DNA of 35,874 nucleotides from Vezdaea acicularis (Eukaryota): NCBI GenBank assembly GCA_026025075.1, contig JAPEUI010000013.1, positions 186,001 to 221,874 of the forward strand, read 5' to 3'. Shown piece by piece: positions 31,666 to 35,874 of this stretch (position 1 is its first letter; each line of letters starts with the position of its first letter). The notes under the pieces were generated by a model. It saw only the letters and a program-made list of their open reading frames with translations, ran no database searches and was not told where the DNA came from. The position numbers and the translations under genes were made by a program.

Positions 31666-32457
31666 ATGTATGGAGAGCTGGGCCACAAGCTCGTGAGTCT
31701 GCAGCTTGGAATGCGGTGATTCGATATACTGATGACGTGCTCACCATAGGTTCAACACGCAAAGCGAACACAGTCTCTTGCTCATCTACCACCTTACCAA
31801 ACCGAGATCGTACGCGCGGTGACCCGTGAAGTTCGAGACCTCCATAAAGATGCATCGACCATCTTACAGCCCTTTGCAGGGAATCTGGATCCGTCGGCGG
31901 ACCCTGCCACCGCATGCGTCCTACTGGTTAATCATCTCTGCATGAGACGGAACAAGAGGTGCCTTCTCGCATACCACCGAGTTCGAACGGAAAAGCTCGA
32001 GAGTATGTGCTGGAGTGGGATTGACGTGCTTGAGCAGGCTCAACAGAGTGGGGGCGGCAACGGCAACCCAACGGACGGCTCTAGCGCTGGTAATCTCGGG
32101 GAGAACGGGAGCATTAGTTCTCTCAGTCCTGAAGAAGAGGAGTATGTGAGGCAATACAGCGATATGCTCGCAGCATACAAGGGTCAATGGACCGACATTG
32201 ACCTCACGGGGTCTCTCGAGCCGCCTCGGGATCTCTTCATCGACGTTCGTGTGCTCAAGGACGCTGGAGAAATTCAAACCGAATACGGGTAAGCACCCAC
32301 ATCCTGACTGCCATATCACTCTTTGGGATGACAGTGGAATGCTAATTACGGACTCAATTGTAGAGCAATCACCCTCACCAAGAACAGCCAGTTCTACGTA
32401 CGGCAAGGGGACGTGGAGCGGTTGATCGCTCAAGGTTACCTCCAGAAGCTGAGCTAG
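31666..32457 (+). CDS. PSF1: GINS complex subunit Psf1 (3 exons: 31666-31692, 31750-32288, 32364-32457; 219 aa)
   Basis: MYGELGHKLVQHAKR..LPPYQ, HLCMRRNKRCLLAYHRVR, LSPEEEEY, DLTGSLEPPRDLFIDVRVLKDAGEIQTEYG.I.LTKNSQFYVRQGDVERLIAQGYL. Confidence 0.96.
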
Positions 32458-33845
32458 CACGTCCGATGGCACCAAGGTATCAAGAATCACATAGTCTGGG
32501 GTTTCGACATACGAACTGCTGTATCAGTTCTTGCACCCGACTCTATGCGCGGTCAAGTCCCGCGGATGAGGACATGCAGCTGTTCCCGGCGAGGGCATGG
32601 GGTGGTCGTCTCCCACTAAAATCCAGGCCAGATCGGCCGTGCTTCTTGCCATGCGATCTGGTGCAGTAGTCCTGCAGAGCGATGTGCTTTTGGATGCTAT
32701 AGAGAAGCCATAGAGGTGCCATAAGGGTCGCTACGGATCGCGCACCTCTTCTTGATGGCGCATTATAGCTCCGACACCGGACCGTTCCGCGTGATCCACG
32801 CCTCCATCAGTTGTGGATCTTCTGGCAACATAACCTTTCTTCAAGGCTAGGTGAAGGTGGAGATGGCAGTTACGGACTAGTCTGAGCAATGCTCATTGGA
32901 CGAAACGGCACGCTCCGCCATCTGCGTGCGACGCGAGGGGGGTGCTTGTGGAGCGGGATGATTGCGGGGAAAGTGGCGTCAGGGTTATCATAGGCATTAC
33001 ATGGCCCCATCCCCCGGACACCATTCTCCAAGCTTTAGCATGTTCCAGTGCGCAAACAAACCCATTTTCCTGCCTTCATCCCACGCTTCCCTGCAGCGGA
33101 TGTGGGCCGGGACTTTGCTTGACGTGAAGGTCTAGCCTCTTAAGTGCCGATCGACGCAAGTCAGGATTGGAGAATTCTGATTGAACCGAGTCCCACCCGC
33201 TTGCATTAGAGGGCGCGAACGAAATTTCAACGGCGGTGGCGTTACCGCGCTCCACACACGTTACGATCACATCATACGCATTCACGAAGACTTCATGCAT
33301 GCAAACTTCTCAATCGCGAGCTCCATGGCACTGCGGTTGATTATGCTTAGCAAGTCGTACTACCATAGATCGGAAATGGTGGGGCTGCATAGGAATTCTG
33401 ACATGTGATCGACCTTGCGCGGATACAGTAAATCGTTGGGGTGGGCCAAATCTGCATGTCACTTGTCTAATGCGGTCTTGCTGTAGGACCGTTTGGCTAG
33501 CACGCCCAAACCTCCGAAACGATAGACTTCAGTAGCGCTCCTCAATCGCGTAGAAATTCACTTCTTATCACAGTCGCCGCAAGCCTGACCACACCCTCCC
33601 TTCTCCCTAACGGGTGGCTCAAGGATTTGCCGCATCCAACATGCTTCCTCGGAAGGGTGCAACAAAATTGGGACCTAAAATGACTAGGAGGGAGTACCGC
33701 GTAACCCCCCACCTAGTGCCACCAATGGTGCGAACACATCTCCACCCTCGAGGATGTGCAGTGGAATGGAAGTGCTTTTCATGACTGCTTGCCTCTCGTT
33801 GCACATCATTCTTTCATCATCGCGAACGCCAAGTCACAGCAGCTA

Positions 33846-35874
33846 ATGGAGCGCTCTTCTCTCCTCCCGAATGGCATCTCTTCACATCACTATGGAGCTA
33901 CAAACAGAGATGATCTAGAGGATCAGAAGGCTAAGACGAACCCCAGAAGCAAGTTCAGTAAATTGTTGAGCCGTTCAAGAGATCGAGCTGTGTCATGTAT
34001 ACGAACGGCGATATCTCCGAAGAGCTGGGACAAGGAAACAATATGGCGGGAGGGTTTCGTAAAGCCTACGGGCTACGTCCCCGCGGTGATCCTAGGAACA
34101 CTTCTTAATATCCTTGACGCACTCTCTTATGGCAAGATAGCTTCTCCCCAATTGAAACTTCCGTTCTAACTGTAGCTCAGGTATGATCTTGTTCCCACTT
34201 GGACAACCTATATTTGCACATCTTGGCCCAGATGGCATTTCAATATTCTACGTCAGCTGCATTATATCGCAGCTGGTATACTCTTGTGGGGGCAGTATCT
34301 TCAAAGGCGGAGTTGGAAGCGAGATGGTGAGTTTACGTCAGGCAGAAGGCCCGATCGCATATCCAATCATGTTAACTTGCGCCAGATTGAGGTCGTCCCC
34401 TTCTTCCATAACATGGCATTCACTATACTTGCTGAAGTTGGCGACGAAAACCCAAAATCTGTTCTTGCGACAACCATCCTATCATATGCAATCAGCTCCA
34501 TCATCACTGGATTGGCCTTCTTTGCTCTTGGAGCATGCGGCCTTGGCTCCCTAATTGGATTCTTCCCTCGTCACATTCTTATCGGATGCATTGGTGGCGT
34601 CGGCTGGTTCCTTGTCGCCACGGGCGTGGAAGTGTCTGCGCGACTCTCGGGCAACCTCGAATACAGCCTGGCCACCTTAGAGAAGTTGGTGCAGCTCGAT
34701 ACCATCTTCCTATGGCTTACACCATTACTACTCGCTATTATATTTGAGGTCGTACAAGGCCGAATCAAGAGCACCTACTTTATGCCATGTTACTTTCTGC
34801 TCGTTCCCGCTATATTCCATATCATAGTAGCAACAATTCCGTCCTTGCACCTCGACCAACTACGGACTATGGGTTGGGTCTTCGAAAGGCCGAGCGATGG
34901 GGCTGCATTCTATCACTTCTATACTTTGTACGACTTTGGCGCCGTCAATTGGAACGCTCTGGTACGGACGATCCCAGCAATGTTCGCTCTAACTTTCTTT
35001 GGGATTATTCACGTACCAATCAACGTCCCCGCTCTCGGGATAACTGCTCGTGAGGATAATGTGAACGTCGACCGCGAATTGATTGCTCATGGCATCTCGA
35101 ATGCTCTATCAGGATTATGTGGCAGCATCCAGAACTATCTAGTTTATGCCAACAGTACGTTCTTCATCAAGGCCGGAGGTGAGAGCAGGGTCGCTGGAGT
35201 CATGCTGGCAATTGCAACCAGTATAGTCCTTGTTGCCGGCCCCGGGCTTGTCGGATATATTCCAATCACGGTAGTTGGAGCTCTCATCTTCCTCCTAGGC
35301 ATAGAGCTTATGAAAGAAGCGCTGTACGACCCTTGGGGAAAGCTGACACGACTCGAATACCTCACTGTCCTGGCAATAGTCATCACGATGGGTGCTTACG
35401 ATTTTGTCATTGGCATCGTTGTCGGCATCGTCTTGGCCTGCGCCAGCTACGTCGTTCAAACTTCTCGAAAGTCCGCGATCCGTGCTTCATATTCTGGAGA
35501 GGTTGCTGGCTCAACGGTTCGGCGTCCACCAGTCCAGGATCGCTTCCTGCGCGAAGCTAGGAAGCAAATACACTTGACCAAGCTTGGGGGCTTTCTCTTC
35601 TTTGGGACTATCGTTAGTGTGGAAAATCGGATAAGAGCTTTTCTAGATGAGGTTGCGTTCAGAGAGAGACCGATCAGGTACATGCTCTTTGATGTAAATC
35701 ACGTCACCGGCATCGATTTTTCTGCTGCAGAGGGATTTACGAAGATCAGCCGCCTGCTAGCCACGAAAGAAGTGAAGATGATAATTTCCTCAGTACATCC
35801 ACGCGATGATATTGGCAAGAGCTTGAAGGCTGTTGGTCTTCTGGATGAAGGCAGAGCTCTAACGTTCGCTGATC
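33846..35874 (+). CDS. SulP/SLC26-family transporter with STAS domain, VSB1/YGR125W-like (exons 33846-34131, 34181-34326, 34386->35874; 3' end outside the window, 5' start uncertain)
   Basis: PAVILGTLLNILDALSYGMILFPLG, GSEMIEVVPFFH, FFPRHILIGCIGGVG, LTFFGIIHVPINVPAL, DRELIAHG.SN..SG..GSIQNYLVY.NS and STAS LGGFLFFGT..DFSAAE. The N-terminal ERSSLL fits an acidic dileucine sorting motif. Confidence 0.88.

Overview
Gene-dense region of a filamentous ascomycete (Pezizomycotina-like) nuclear genome, with short GT-AG introns and CTRAC/CTAAT branch points. I rebuilt 11 spliced or single-exon protein-coding genes by hand: TRP4 (-), mitochondrial uL10m/MRPL11 (+), an Nrg1/CSP-1-like C2H2 repressor (-), a secreted protein with a KP4-like Cys-rich domain (+), MED16/SIN4 (-), an HST4-type sirtuin (+), SLD3 (-), a DDT/WHIM-PHD ISWI-accessory-like protein (+), a Ste11/FMF-1-like HMG-box factor (+), PSF1 (+) and a SulP/STAS (VSB1/YGR125W-like) transporter (+, cut by the window end). 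The most unusual element is the 526-aa secreted protein: a 10-Cys KP4-killer-toxin-like head fused to a Ser/Thr mucin-like stalk with collagen-like and GGA repeats. Other observations are a Trp-containing in-frame uORF just upstream of TRP4, a GC-AG intron in the transporter, a ~97-nt G tract, repeated C-to-G strand-skew switches, and two long non-coding regions upstream of the transcription factor genes. Family calls come from motif recognition; no database searches were run. I found no tRNA, rRNA, transposon or CRISPR.
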